Of a stretch of 64,000 nt of DNA, positions 9,266 to 18,162 are shown piece by piece. The notes under the pieces are model-generated. The model was not told the origin of the DNA. It searched no databases and saw only the letters and a list, made by a program, of their open reading frames with translations. The stretch is taken from positions 2,080,001 to 2,144,000 of the forward strand of contig OZ241869.1 in assembly GCA_965202805.1 (NCBI GenBank), read 5' to 3'. The position numbers and the translations under genes were made by a program. Each line of letters opens with the position of its first letter. Position 1 is the first letter of the stretch. Origin of the DNA: Longimicrobiales bacterium (GTDB lineage: Bacteria > Gemmatimonadota > Gemmatimonadetes > Longimicrobiales > Gaopeijiaceae).

Positions 9266-9397
9266 GCAAGACGGTTCTCCGATCGAACCGGGATGCGTCT
9301 TGCAAGTTTCCGTTCGATCCGCAAGTCATTTTGCAGTCTTGCGATCAAACCGATAATCGTCTTGCGAAATGCCGATCGTTCGCCGAATCGCAAGACG
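9266..9397. repeat. Cluster of GTCTTGC/GCAAGAC motifs forming two hairpins between convergent genes
   Basis: GCAAGAC at 9266 and 9390; GTCTTGC at 9297, 9336, 9359; perfect 10-bp IR CGTCTTGCGA(9358)/TCGCAAGACG(9388). Confidence 0.75.
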
Positions 9398-9426
9398 CTC
9401 GCGGGCAGGCGGCCGTCCGCGAGCCG

Positions 9427-10653
9427 TCAGTCGTCCGCAGGCGGCCCGCCCCCGCCCCCCACCCATCGGTCGACCACCACCGAAGTAGTGATCTGCCCCC
9501 ACAGGTTGGTCACCGTGCGGAACATGTCGGGGATGCGGTCGATGCCGAGCAGGATGCCCAGCCCGCCCAGCGGCACTCCCGCCACGTCCAGGGCGGGCGC
9601 CATGGTGAAGATGCTCGCCGACGGCACCGGCGCGATGGTGAGCGCGACCAGGAAGACCGCGAGCACCGCCCCGCCGGCCGCGGCGAGCGGGAACGGCACC
9701 TCGAACAGGTGCGCCAGGAAGACCACCGCGGCCCCCTGGAAGAGCGCGCTGCCGGGCCGGTAGAGCGACGCGCCCAGCGGCAGCACCAGGTCGGCGACGT
9801 TGTCCGACACGCCCAGCTTCCCGCTCGCCTCCTGGAGCGACGCCGGGAGGGCGGCCACCGTGCTGGTGCTCGCAAACGCGATGGAGGTGGCCCCGAACAC
9901 GCCGGTCACGAAGCGCCCCGGGCCGATGCCGCCCACCCAGCGCAGCAACACCAGGAACACCCCGCCGGTGAACAGGACGAGCCCCGCGAGCACGGCCGCA
10001 ACGAAGATCGCCAGGCTCTGCACGAGGTCCCACCCGAGCTGCGCGGTCACCGGGGCGGCCAGCCCGAACACCCCCACCGGCGCGCACCAGAGCACCCACC
10101 AGACCAGCTTGACGAGCGTCGCGGAGACCGCCTCGGCGAAGGCGAGCAGCTGCTCCTTGTGCTTTCCGCCGAGCGCCGCCGCAGCCGCCCCGAAGAGCGC
10201 CGTGAACACGATCAGCGGGAGCAGGCTCCCCGCCGAGGCCGCCGCGAAGGGGTTGGGCGGCACCAGGGTCACGAGGAAGTCGACCACCCCGGGGATCTCG
10301 GGGGCGGCCTGGTCGCCCGCCGCCGGCATCGCGATGTCGGGCGCGAAACGCAGGAAGAAGGCCATGCTGGCCATCCCCAGCACGATCGCCGGCGGGGTGG
10401 TGATCCAGTAGAAGCCGAGGGTGGTGCCGCCCAGCCGCCCCAGCTTGCGCAGGTCGCCGAGGCGGGCCACCCCGATGAAGATGACCGCCATCACCAGCGG
10501 GATAACCACCATGCGGATGGCGTTCATGAAGACGGTGCCGATGGGAGCGGACGCCAGCGCCACGGCCATGAGGGCGTCCGACCCGGTGGCCGCGGCGAGC
10601 AGCCCGACCGCGAAACCCAGCACGAGCCCCGCGGCGATGAGGATGTGCAGCAT
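9427..10653 (-). CDS. Dicarboxylate/amino acid:cation symporter (DAACS/GltP family)
   Basis: Multi-TM; APVGVF, FASTSTVAALP, LPLGASL, IDRIPDMFRTVTN. Confidence 0.9.
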   Translation of the reverse strand: MLHILIAAGLVLGFAVGLLAAATGSDALMAVALASAPIGTVFMNAIRMVVIPLVMAVIFIGVARLGDLRKLGRLGGTTLGFYWITTPPAIVLGMASMAFFLRFAPDIAMPAAGDQAAPEIPGVVDFLVTLVPPNPFAAASAGSLLPLIVFTALFGAAAAALGGKHKEQLLAFAEAVSATLVKLVWWVLWCAPVGVFGLAAPVTAQLGWDLVQSLAIFVAAVLAGLVLFTGGVFLVLLRWVGGIGPGRFVTGVFGATSIAFASTSTVAALPASLQEASGKLGVSDNVADLVLPLGASLYRPGSALFQGAAVVFLAHLFEVPFPLAAAGGAVLAVFLVALTIAPVPSASIFTMAPALDVAGVPLGGLGILLGIDRIPDMFRTVTNLWGQITTSVVVDRWVGGGGGPPADD

Positions 10654-10888
10654 GGGAGTACTCCGGGCTGGAGTTCGGGCGCCGGCGGCTGGACCGCGCC
10701 GGCGGGGCTGCACCGATGCTACGCCGCGGCCTTTCCGCCCGGCAACCCCACCCCTGCTGCAACACCGCCGCCTTCAGCCGCCACCGGTCGGCGCCTCCGC
10801 GCGTCCCGGGTCGCGCAGCGCTTGCCTCCCGTCCAATCGCAGCGGAACCGGTGTATCTTCCTCCAGCCCCCAACCCGGAGACCCGCCC

Positions 10889-11299
10889 GTGAACGATCCG
10901 TACTTCCTCGCGATCGCCGTCCTCGGCGGCCTTCTCGCCCTCGCCGCCCTCGTCCTCGCCATCGTGCTGCGGCGCTACACCCGGCTGCGTCTGGAGCTGC
11001 CGGCCAGGCTGCGGGAGGCGCGGGAGGACGCGGTGGCGCGCAGCACGGCGGTCACGCGCGGGCAGGCGTTCGAGCACCTGGCGCCCTTCATGGACGACTT
11101 CGGCTACCATCCCCGCGACGCCCGCTTTCTGGGGAGCCCCATCGACCTCGTCGTATTCGACGGCCTCGGCGAGGCGGATGTGCGCGAGATCGTCTTCGTG
11201 GAGGTCAAGACGGGCCGTTCCCGCCTGAGCGCGCGTGAGCGGGCGGTGCGGAAAGCCGTGCTCGAACGGCGGGTGAGGTGGCGAGAGCTGCGGGCCTGA
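10889..11299 (+). CDS. Membrane-anchored PD-(D/E)XK endonuclease related to archaeal Holliday junction resolvase
   Basis: GGAG RBS + GTG; N-terminal TM; EHLAPF..RFLGSPIDLVVFDG..FVEVKTG. Confidence 0.8.
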   Translation: MNDPYFLAIAVLGGLLALAALVLAIVLRRYTRLRLELPARLREAREDAVARSTAVTRGQAFEHLAPFMDDFGYHPRDARFLGSPIDLVVFDGLGEADVREIVFVEVKTGRSRLSARERAVRKAVLERRVRWRELRA

Positions 11300-11312
11300 C
11301 TAAGATACTCGC

Positions 11313-13091
11313 ATGACATACGAAATCGTGTTCGTGCTTGTGGTTGCGGCGGCGGCCCTGGTGCTCTTCGCCATGGACCGCATCCGGCTCGACCAGCTCT
11401 CCATGTCGGTTCCGGTGGTGCTCCTGCTGGGCGGGATCATCGGTCCGCGCGAGGCGCTTTCGGGCCTCTCCAGCGAGGCCACCGTAACCGTGGCGGCGAT
11501 GCTGGTGCTCGGCCTCGGGCTGCGCAAGACGGGGCTGGTGGCGGCGATCGGCATCTGGGCGCGCACGGCGCCGCTGGGCGGCAAGACCCTGCGCATGTTC
11601 ATCCTCTGCCTGCTGGTGGCCTTTCTGTCGCCGTTCCTGAACAACACCGCGGTGGTGATCGTGTTCATACCGGTGTTCGCGGCGCTCGCGGACCAGGCCG
11701 ACGAGCCGGTCTCGCTGTACCTGATGCCGCTGTCGTTCGTGGCCATCATGGGGGGAACGGTCACCCTCATCGGGACCGCCACCAACCTGGTCGTGCACGG
11801 GGAGGCGGTCGCGCGCGGGTTCGACGAGCTGACCATGTTCTCCATCGCGCCGGTGGGGCTGATCTGCCTGGCGGTGGGGATGCTCTACCTCTTCACCATC
11901 GGACGGCGCCAGATGCCCCGCCGGGAGCGGCCGCCGGACCTGTCCAGCCGCTACGGCGTGCGCCGGTTCACGACCGAGCTGCGGGTGGGACAGGGCTCGC
12001 CCGCGGCCGGGCGCACGCTGGCCGAGTTGCGATGGGGCGAGCGCTTCGACGTCGTGGTCGTGGGGATCGAGCGCGCTGGACGGACCATCTCCCTCCCCGC
12101 CGGCGAGCGCGTCATCGAGGCCGGGGACAGGCTCTACGCCCAGGGCGCGGCGGACAACCTGCTGAGTCTCGCCCAGGTGCAGCGACTGGATACGCCCGAA
12201 GGGAAGCCGCCTCAGGCGGCGAGTGAGAATGTCGTCGGGGGACGCATGGTGGAGGTCATCATGGGGCCGGGTTCGGCGCTCGTGGGGCGGACGCTGAAGG
12301 ATCTCTCCTTTGCCCAGCGCTACGACGTGACCGTTCTCGGGGTCCAGAGCCACGGCACGACCGTCACCGACCGGATCGCCCAGATGGAGTTCTCCGTGGG
12401 CGACATCATCCTGGTGCGCGGGGAGGCGGGCGCGCTCGATCGCCTGGCCGACGAGCCGGGCTTCATCCTGATGGCCGAGGTGGACCACCCGGTGGGCAGC
12501 CGGCCGCGCGCAGCCTTCGCGGCCGCCATCATGGCCGGGGTGGTGCTGGTCGCGAGCGTCGGCCTCTTCCCGATCTCCACCTCGGCCATGGCCGGGGTGG
12601 CGCTCATGGTGTTCACGGGGTGCGTGCGCGTCAACGAGATCTACGCGGAGCTGGACTGGCTGGTGGTGTTCGTGATGGCCGGGCTCATCCCGCTTGGGCT
12701 GGCGATGGAGTCGTCGGGCGCGGCCGCCTGGATCGCCTCGGGCGTGGTGGACGCGACCTCCGGGCTCGGCGAGACCGGGATGATCGGGGCGTTCTACCTG
12801 CTGACGGCGGTCATGACCGCTGTGGTGGCCAACACCGCCACGGCAGTGATGCTCACCCCGGTCGCCATCCTGGTGGCGGAGAATGCAGGACTCAACCCCT
12901 ACGCCCTGCTGGTGACGGTCATGTTCGGGGCCTCGGCCTCCTTCGTCACCCCCTTCGGCTACAAGACCAACGTGATGGTCTACTCTCCAGGCGGATACCG
13001 CTTCATGGACTTCGTGAAGGTGGGAGGCCCGCTCAACCTGCTGCTCGCCATCGTAGCCTCGATCTGCATCCCGTTCTTCTGGCCGAGCTGA
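11313..13091 (+). CDS. SLC13/CitMHS-type anion transporter with two TrkA-C domains
   Basis: FLNNTAVV, GGTVTLIGTATN, two RCK-C repeats, SFVTPFGYKTN. Confidence 0.9.
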   Translation: MTYEIVFVLVVAAAALVLFAMDRIRLDQLSMSVPVVLLLGGIIGPREALSGLSSEATVTVAAMLVLGLGLRKTGLVAAIGIWARTAPLGGKTLRMFILCLLVAFLSPFLNNTAVVIVFIPVFAALADQADEPVSLYLMPLSFVAIMGGTVTLIGTATNLVVHGEAVARGFDELTMFSIAPVGLICLAVGMLYLFTIGRRQMPRRERPPDLSSRYGVRRFTTELRVGQGSPAAGRTLAELRWGERFDVVVVGIERAGRTISLPAGERVIEAGDRLYAQGAADNLLSLAQVQRLDTPEGKPPQAASENVVGGRMVEVIMGPGSALVGRTLKDLSFAQRYDVTVLGVQSHGTTVTDRIAQMEFSVGDIILVRGEAGALDRLADEPGFILMAEVDHPVGSRPRAAFAAAIMAGVVLVASVGLFPISTSAMAGVALMVFTGCVRVNEIYAELDWLVVFVMAGLIPLGLAMESSGAAAWIASGVVDATSGLGETGMIGAFYLLTAVMTAVVANTATAVMLTPVAILVAENAGLNPYALLVTVMFGASASFVTPFGYKTNVMVYSPGGYRFMDFVKVGGPLNLLLAIVASICIPFFWPS

Positions 13092-13478
13092 GCTGCCGCG
13101 AGCCGACCCCGGACCCGCCGCGCGGATCAGGCCTCGCTTCACAAATCCCGCACTCTGGCGAGAGATCCGGGATATGCGTACTGGCGCGGAGTGGGCCGAC
13201 GTTGTGCCTCTGCGCGCGCCCGTCGACCGCAGAGGATCGGCGTACACCCCGCCGGACGCCTGGGCGTTCGACACATGGGCGACTCGAGACGCCGCCGGAC
13301 GATCGGTGAACGGCGGGACGCGCAACGCCATCCGAAACGGGACTCTGTCCCCGCTACTCGCGATGGCGATTGATATGGACCAGCCAGCCGACACCACCCG
13401 CCACCTCCCCCTGGAACGCCTGACGAGCGATCACGTATGGTGCGGACAAGTGATCCGCATCCCCAACGAGGAGGCTGA

Positions 13479-13643
13479 ATGTCTGAGGAACGAGGTGTGA
13501 CGTGGGTGGTGGTTGCGAGGACGTTCGTGTCCGTCGGGATCCTGCTGGCCCTCTGGCTGCAGACCCTCGCGAACGGACGAGCGATCGAAGCGTTGCGGGT
13601 GGAGCTGAGCGAGGCGCTGGCGCAGGTGGAGGCGCAGGACTAA
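13479..13643 (+). CDS. Small (54 aa) TM + coiled-coil protein, below the ORF-track cutoff
   Basis: GAGGAGG RBS; MSEERGVTWVVVARTFVSVGILLALWLQTLANGRAIEALRVELSEALAQVEAQD*. Confidence 0.6.
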   Translation: MSEERGVTWVVVARTFVSVGILLALWLQTLANGRAIEALRVELSEALAQVEAQD

Positions 13644-13662
13644 GGGACGCAGGACGGGTCTC

Positions 13663-14913
13663 TTACGGCCCCAGCGCCCCGATCGGAATCACGCTCACCC
13701 CGTCTTCCCGCGTGTAGCCGTAGCCGCTGCTCACGATCACACCGAGCGCTGCCGGCTCGCCCATGCGCTTCGGGTCCACCCGTTGCGCCAGTCGCAGCAG
13801 GTTGGCGGCTCCCGCGTCCGCCCGGCCCTCGCCAAGCTTGACCTCGAAGGCCGCCCAGCGGCCGTCGTTGGCCTGCACGATCGCGTCCACCTCCAGACCG
13901 CCCTTCTCGCGGTAGTGGAAGACCTCGGCATCGGCGGCCTGGGCATAGACGCGCAGATCCCGGATCACCATCGACTCGAAGAGGAGCCCAAGGAAGTCGA
14001 GGTCGCGAAGCAGCCGAGGAGGCGTCGCGCGGACGGCGGCCACGGCGAGCGACGGGTCCGCAAGGTGCCGGACCGGCTTGCTCCTCAGAACCGATCTCGA
14101 TCTCAGATGCGTGGGCCATGACGGCTGGTTCTCCACGATCATGATGCGCTCCAGCGCTCGAAGGTAGTCCGCCGCGGTGTGCTCCCTGATGGCGGACATG
14201 CCTTCGCCGGTGTCCGAGGCGAGGGTTGCGGTCGCCACGGGTGTCGCGACGTTCCTCGCCAGAGACCGAAGGAGCATGCCCACCCGCACAGGGTCTCGCT
14301 TTCTGCCATCGCCATTGGCGATGTCGAGGCGCCGGATCTCGTCGAGGTGATCCCTGTTGGCACGGAGCGCCGTTTGCGTGCTGCGCCCAAGGTTGACGGG
14401 CCAGCCGCCTACGCAGATCAGCGCCGCCAGGTCATCGAGGAGGACTACCGATCTGCCTGCCCTGGCGGGCGTCCCTTCCAGGAGACCGGCCAGCGAAATT
14501 TCGCCGGACGAATGACCCAACTCGAACAGTGAGAGCGGGCGCATGCGGAGACGCGTCAGGCGTCCGGCACCGGTATGTCGGGTGGCGTCGTCAGCCGGCA
14601 CCGCCGAACCGGTGAGGATGAACTGACCCGGCTGGCGCCGATCGTCCACGGCCCTGCGCACGTGGTTCCAGATCGCCGGCTCCAGCTGCCATTCGTCGAT
14701 CAACCGCGGGACGTTGCCGACCAGCACGCGGGCCGGTTCGAGGCTGGCCAGGCGTCGCGCCACATCGTCGACGTCGAGCCTCACTTCGCTGGCGGCGATC
14801 TGCTGCGCCGTGGTGGTCTTTCCGCAGGCCCGAGGGCCCTCAATCACGACTGCGCCGGTGGCCTGCAAGCGCTCCGCCAGTTCGCGGTCGACGATTCTGG
14901 GCTGGTAAGTCAA
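13663..14913 (-). CDS. AAA+ ATPase (AAA_14) with C-terminal DUF4143 / PD-(D/E)XK nuclease-like domain
   Basis: Probable TTG start giving MTYQPRIVD; Walker A GPRACGKT; Walker B LIDE; FILTGS; GLLFESMV; EVD..FEVK. Confidence 0.88.
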   Translation of the reverse strand: MTYQPRIVDRELAERLQATGAVVIEGPRACGKTTTAQQIAASEVRLDVDDVARRLASLEPARVLVGNVPRLIDEWQLEPAIWNHVRRAVDDRRQPGQFILTGSAVPADDATRHTGAGRLTRLRMRPLSLFELGHSSGEISLAGLLEGTPARAGRSVVLLDDLAALICVGGWPVNLGRSTQTALRANRDHLDEIRRLDIANGDGRKRDPVRVGMLLRSLARNVATPVATATLASDTGEGMSAIREHTAADYLRALERIMIVENQPSWPTHLRSRSVLRSKPVRHLADPSLAVAAVRATPPRLLRDLDFLGLLFESMVIRDLRVYAQAADAEVFHYREKGGLEVDAIVQANDGRWAAFEVKLGEGRADAGAANLLRLAQRVDPKRMGEPAALGVIVSSGYGYTREDGVSVIPIGALGP

Positions 14914-15023
14914 GTTGGTACCGGCATGGGGGCAGGCGAATCCGGTTGATCGAAGATGGCCGGGGGTCTGTCGGGCGCAGGCGCACGAGGATGGTAACCG
15001 TAGGGAAGACTTCGGAAAAGGTG

Positions 15024-15106
15024 TCAGCGTCAGATTCGGCATCGTATCAGCGTCAGAAATAGCGTATTACCGACGACAGAAATATCTCATCGTCAACGTC
15101 AGAAAT
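15024..15106. repeat. Four direct repeats at exact 23-bp period upstream of the ATPase
   Basis: TCAGCGTCAGATTC(15024), TCAGCGTCAGAAAT(15047), CCGACGACAGAAAT(15070), TCAACGTCAGAAAT(15093). Confidence 0.85.
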
Positions 15107-15119
15107 GGCGCAGACGGGC

Positions 15120-15143
15120 GGAGAGTTTCAGCTGAAACTCTCC
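15120..15143. repeat. Perfect 24-bp palindrome without loop
   Basis: GGAGAGTTTCAG|CTGAAACTCTCC. Confidence 0.9.
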
Positions 15144-15205
15144 TGGGCTCGTCGATCCCCGCGCCAATCAGGGCCCGGCAGGCGGCCACCCGCTGAGCCG
15201 TCCGC

Positions 15206-15802
15206 TCAGGAACCCTCCCTCGGCGCCAGGCTGAACGGTTCCCGCGCGAACACCCGGCGCACCATCGGCTCGAAGAACTCCAGCGGCAGCGACTCATAGT
15301 CGGGATCGAACGCGCACTGGTCCCAGCGGTGACAGAAGTCCACGGCGTCCTGATACCAGGGATGGTCGCGGTACTTGTCGCGAGCGTTGCGGTCGCCGCC
15401 CATGTGATGGGCGTAGTAGTAGTACTGGAACAGGCCGTGGTGGCGGACGATCCAGTGGGTTCGTTCGGTCACGTAGGGGCGGAGCAGCAGCGCGGACAAC
15501 TCGCCGTGGCTGTGAGGGGCCAGGAGGTCGTCCATGTCGTGGAGAAGCGCCGCCACCACCATCTCCTCTTCCGCGCCGTCGCGATGGGCGCGGGTCGCGG
15601 TCTGCAGCGAATGCTCCAGCCGGTCGACCTGGTAGCCGGAGAGCGAACCCGACAGCTCGCGGAGATGCGCCAGCACCCGGTCGGCGGTACCGGCGGCGAA
15701 CTCCTCCTCGAGTTCGTCGAGCAGCTCGTAGTCCTCGCGGGTGCCGTCCGCCATGCGGGTGAAGCTCACCACGGGGCCGCCGGGCCTTGCCATGTCGTCC
15801 AT
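15206..15802 (-). CDS. HD-domain metalloprotein (PhnZ/TmpB/MIOX-like diiron oxygenase or phosphohydrolase)
   Basis: EHSLQTA, ALLHD, PHSH, RHHG, WDQ; GGGAG RBS. Confidence 0.8.
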   Translation of the reverse strand: MDDMARPGGPVVSFTRMADGTREDYELLDELEEEFAAGTADRVLAHLRELSGSLSGYQVDRLEHSLQTATRAHRDGAEEEMVVAALLHDMDDLLAPHSHGELSALLLRPYVTERTHWIVRHHGLFQYYYYAHHMGGDRNARDKYRDHPWYQDAVDFCHRWDQCAFDPDYESLPLEFFEPMVRRVFAREPFSLAPREGS

Positions 15803-16023
15803 TGCGCGTCACTCCCGCGATGAGGGCTCCTGGTCACGCAGCGTGCGCCGAAGCGCAGAGATGTGTCAAGCGGGCGCCGGCTTGCCCGGACCGGGGACCG
15901 ATCCTGATGGGACCACCCCCCTCGGAGCCGGTGCTTGACGCGCGCGCCATGGGTGCACTCTGATACTCCATAGTGGCCGGGTGCGCTCCGCCCCGGGCTT
16001 CGACGGACCTGAGGAGGCCTACC

Positions 16024-17139
16024 ATGCATGACTCGATCAGCAGCCTCACCCGGAATGGGGACGCCCTGTCCGCAGTCTGGGCCGGCGGCGAACGGACCGA
16101 CCTTCCCTACCTCTGGCTGCGCGACAATTGCGGGTGCAGCGAGTGCCGCGTCGTGCAGACCACCGAGAAGCGATTCCACCTCTTCCGGGTCGACAAGGAC
16201 CTGAGACCAGCGCAAGCCACCATCGAATGTGCCGGATCCGCCGACGAGGCGATCTCCATCGCCTGGCCGGACGGGCACCAATCGCGCTACCGCTCGAGCG
16301 AGATCCGCGGCCTCCTGAGCAGGCCTCGTTCCGACCTGCGCTACTGGGACGGCCGGTTCCAGCCGCGGAGGTTCGACTACCAGCGGTTCCTGGCGAGCGA
16401 CCGCGCGGCGGCGGAGCTGATCGAGGAGTTTCTGCAGACCGGCGTCTGCGTGCTGATCGACGCCCCCACCGAACCGGATTCGTCCGAGCAGCTCGCGCGC
16501 CGCCTGGGCCCCGTCCGCGAGGTGCTGTTCGAGCGCATCCACAACGTCGTGCTCGATCCGAAGGGATACAACATCGCGCACACGGGTCTGGCGGTCGCGG
16601 CGCATAACGACTTCACCAGCTACACCTGGCCGCCGAGCGTGCAGGCGCTGCACATGCTGGTGAACGAGTGCGAGGGCGGCGAATCCATCGTCGTGGACGG
16701 CTTCGGCCTGCTCAACGGGCTCCGCCGCGATCATCCCGACAAGTTCGACGTGCTGTGCGCGGTGCCGGTGCCGTTCCGCATCTTCAGCGAGCGATACGAG
16801 GTCTACGCGGCCAACCCCATGGTCGAGCTCGACAGCGCCGGCGAGGTCAGGCTGATGCGCTTCAACACCGCGCAGATGCAGGCCGTGCCTCTCTCGGAGC
16901 CGCGGCTGGGCGACTTCTACGCCGCGTACCACGAGCTTTCCAGGCGCGTGAATGACCCTGGCGCGCAGGTGACCTTCCGGTTGGAGGGCGGGCAGGTGCT
17001 GCTGTGCGCCGGGCACCGGGTGCTGCACGGTCGTACCGCGCTGCGTTCCAAGGGACAGCGCCACCTGCAGGACGCCTACTTCGAGCACGACAACGTGCGC
17101 ACCCACCTCAGGTGGCTGCGCCTCAGCGGCCGGATCTGA
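16024..17139 (+). CDS. Gamma-butyrobetaine hydroxylase-like Fe(II)/2-oxoglutarate dioxygenase (TauD family)
   Basis: N-terminal WLRDNCGCSEC Zn domain; AHNDF (HxD); RVLHGR; GAGGAGG RBS. Confidence 0.88.
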   Translation: MHDSISSLTRNGDALSAVWAGGERTDLPYLWLRDNCGCSECRVVQTTEKRFHLFRVDKDLRPAQATIECAGSADEAISIAWPDGHQSRYRSSEIRGLLSRPRSDLRYWDGRFQPRRFDYQRFLASDRAAAELIEEFLQTGVCVLIDAPTEPDSSEQLARRLGPVREVLFERIHNVVLDPKGYNIAHTGLAVAAHNDFTSYTWPPSVQALHMLVNECEGGESIVVDGFGLLNGLRRDHPDKFDVLCAVPVPFRIFSERYEVYAANPMVELDSAGEVRLMRFNTAQMQAVPLSEPRLGDFYAAYHELSRRVNDPGAQVTFRLEGGQVLLCAGHRVLHGRTALRSKGQRHLQDAYFEHDNVRTHLRWLRLSGRI

Positions 17140-17152
17140 AGGCCGAAGGCCC

Positions 17153-18052
17153 GTGGGGGACCACCCGCCGACTCCTTCTGAGACCGGGATTCAAGCTGCA
17201 CTCTCCGGCTTGTGCCTCGGCGCCTCGGTGGAGATCCTGCCGGGTCGGCTGCCGTCTCCGGAAGTCCTCGCCGGCCACCTCCCGCGCGGTGCCTCCGTCT
17301 ATATTCCGTTCCCTCCGAAGGGCCGGTGGTTCGATACCATCGACGCCTGTGAACAGGTGCTGGCGGCGGGCATGAAGCCGGTGCCCCATCTGCCGGCGCG
17401 CTCGGTGCAGAGCGCGGGCGAACTCGACGACTGGCTGGCCGCAGCGGTGGGGACGGGAGTGGACTCCCTGATGCTGGTGGCCGGAGACCGCGCCACACCC
17501 GCCGGCCCCTACCCCGATACGCCGGCCCTGCTCGACTCCGGGCTCCTCGCCAGGCACAATCTCCGGCGGTTCGGCGTCACCTCGTATCCGGAGGGGCACC
17601 CCCTGGTCGGCCAGACCGATCTGGATGCAGCACTCCGGCGCAAGACGGAATACGCCCGGACGACGGGTTCGGAACTCTGGATCGTAACCCAGTTCGTGTT
17701 CTCGCCTGCCCCGGCGCTCGCCTGGCTGGCGCGGACGAGGGACGCAGGTTGCACGCTGCCGGTTCGCATCGGCATGCCGGGGCCGGTCGCGCTGAAGACG
17801 CTGATCGGATACGCGGTCCGCTCCGGCGTCGTGGCGTCCGCGCGGGCGCTGAAGCGCAAGCCCGGCATCGCGCGGTTGGCGGGCAGATGGTCGCCGACCC
17901 CCATTGCCCTGGCGCTGGCCCGGCACCTGGCGGCACACGAGAACACGCTGGGCGTCGACATTCATCTGTTTACCTTCGGTGGGCCGGCGGACGCCGCCGA
18001 ATGGCTGTCAACTCTCCCCAATGAACTCTTTTGTTCGCCAGAATCGGGCTGA
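17153..18052 (+). CDS. Methylenetetrahydrofolate reductase-like flavoprotein
   Basis: PVPHLPAR, LVAGD, YPEGHP, IVTQFVF, RIGMPGP, HLFTFGG. Confidence 0.8.
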   Translation: MGDHPPTPSETGIQAALSGLCLGASVEILPGRLPSPEVLAGHLPRGASVYIPFPPKGRWFDTIDACEQVLAAGMKPVPHLPARSVQSAGELDDWLAAAVGTGVDSLMLVAGDRATPAGPYPDTPALLDSGLLARHNLRRFGVTSYPEGHPLVGQTDLDAALRRKTEYARTTGSELWIVTQFVFSPAPALAWLARTRDAGCTLPVRIGMPGPVALKTLIGYAVRSGVVASARALKRKPGIARLAGRWSPTPIALALARHLAAHENTLGVDIHLFTFGGPADAAEWLSTLPNELFCSPESG

Positions 18053-18069
18053 TCCGGCAAACAAAAGAG
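18026..18069. repeat. 44-bp palindromic element, copy 1 (imperfect)
   Basis: CTCTTTTGTTCGCC-N16-GGCAAACAAAAGAG. Confidence 0.8.
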
Positions 18070-18162
18070 GGGCCGGCGATGAAAGCTGCACTCCCCTGAT
18101 CTACGAGGACCTCCTGGCAGGCCGGCGGGAGTACAATTGTCGCGCCCATCCGGGTACTCTTG

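Noticed and set aside
13174..13500. 108-aa ORF
   Set aside because: No RBS or recognisable motif; it overlaps the better-supported small ORF at 13479
14914..15042. N-terminal extension of the ATPase to ATG 15042
   Set aside because: It starts inside the repeat array and is not protein-like; the family-typical N-terminus begins at TTG 14913
15024..15106. Mini-CRISPR array
   Set aside because: The 14-nt cores and 9-nt spacers are far too short, and there are no cas genes
15206..17139. Assigning tmpA/tmpB or phnY/phnZ symbols
   Set aside because: The HD protein appears to be a different subfamily; orthology cannot be shown without a search
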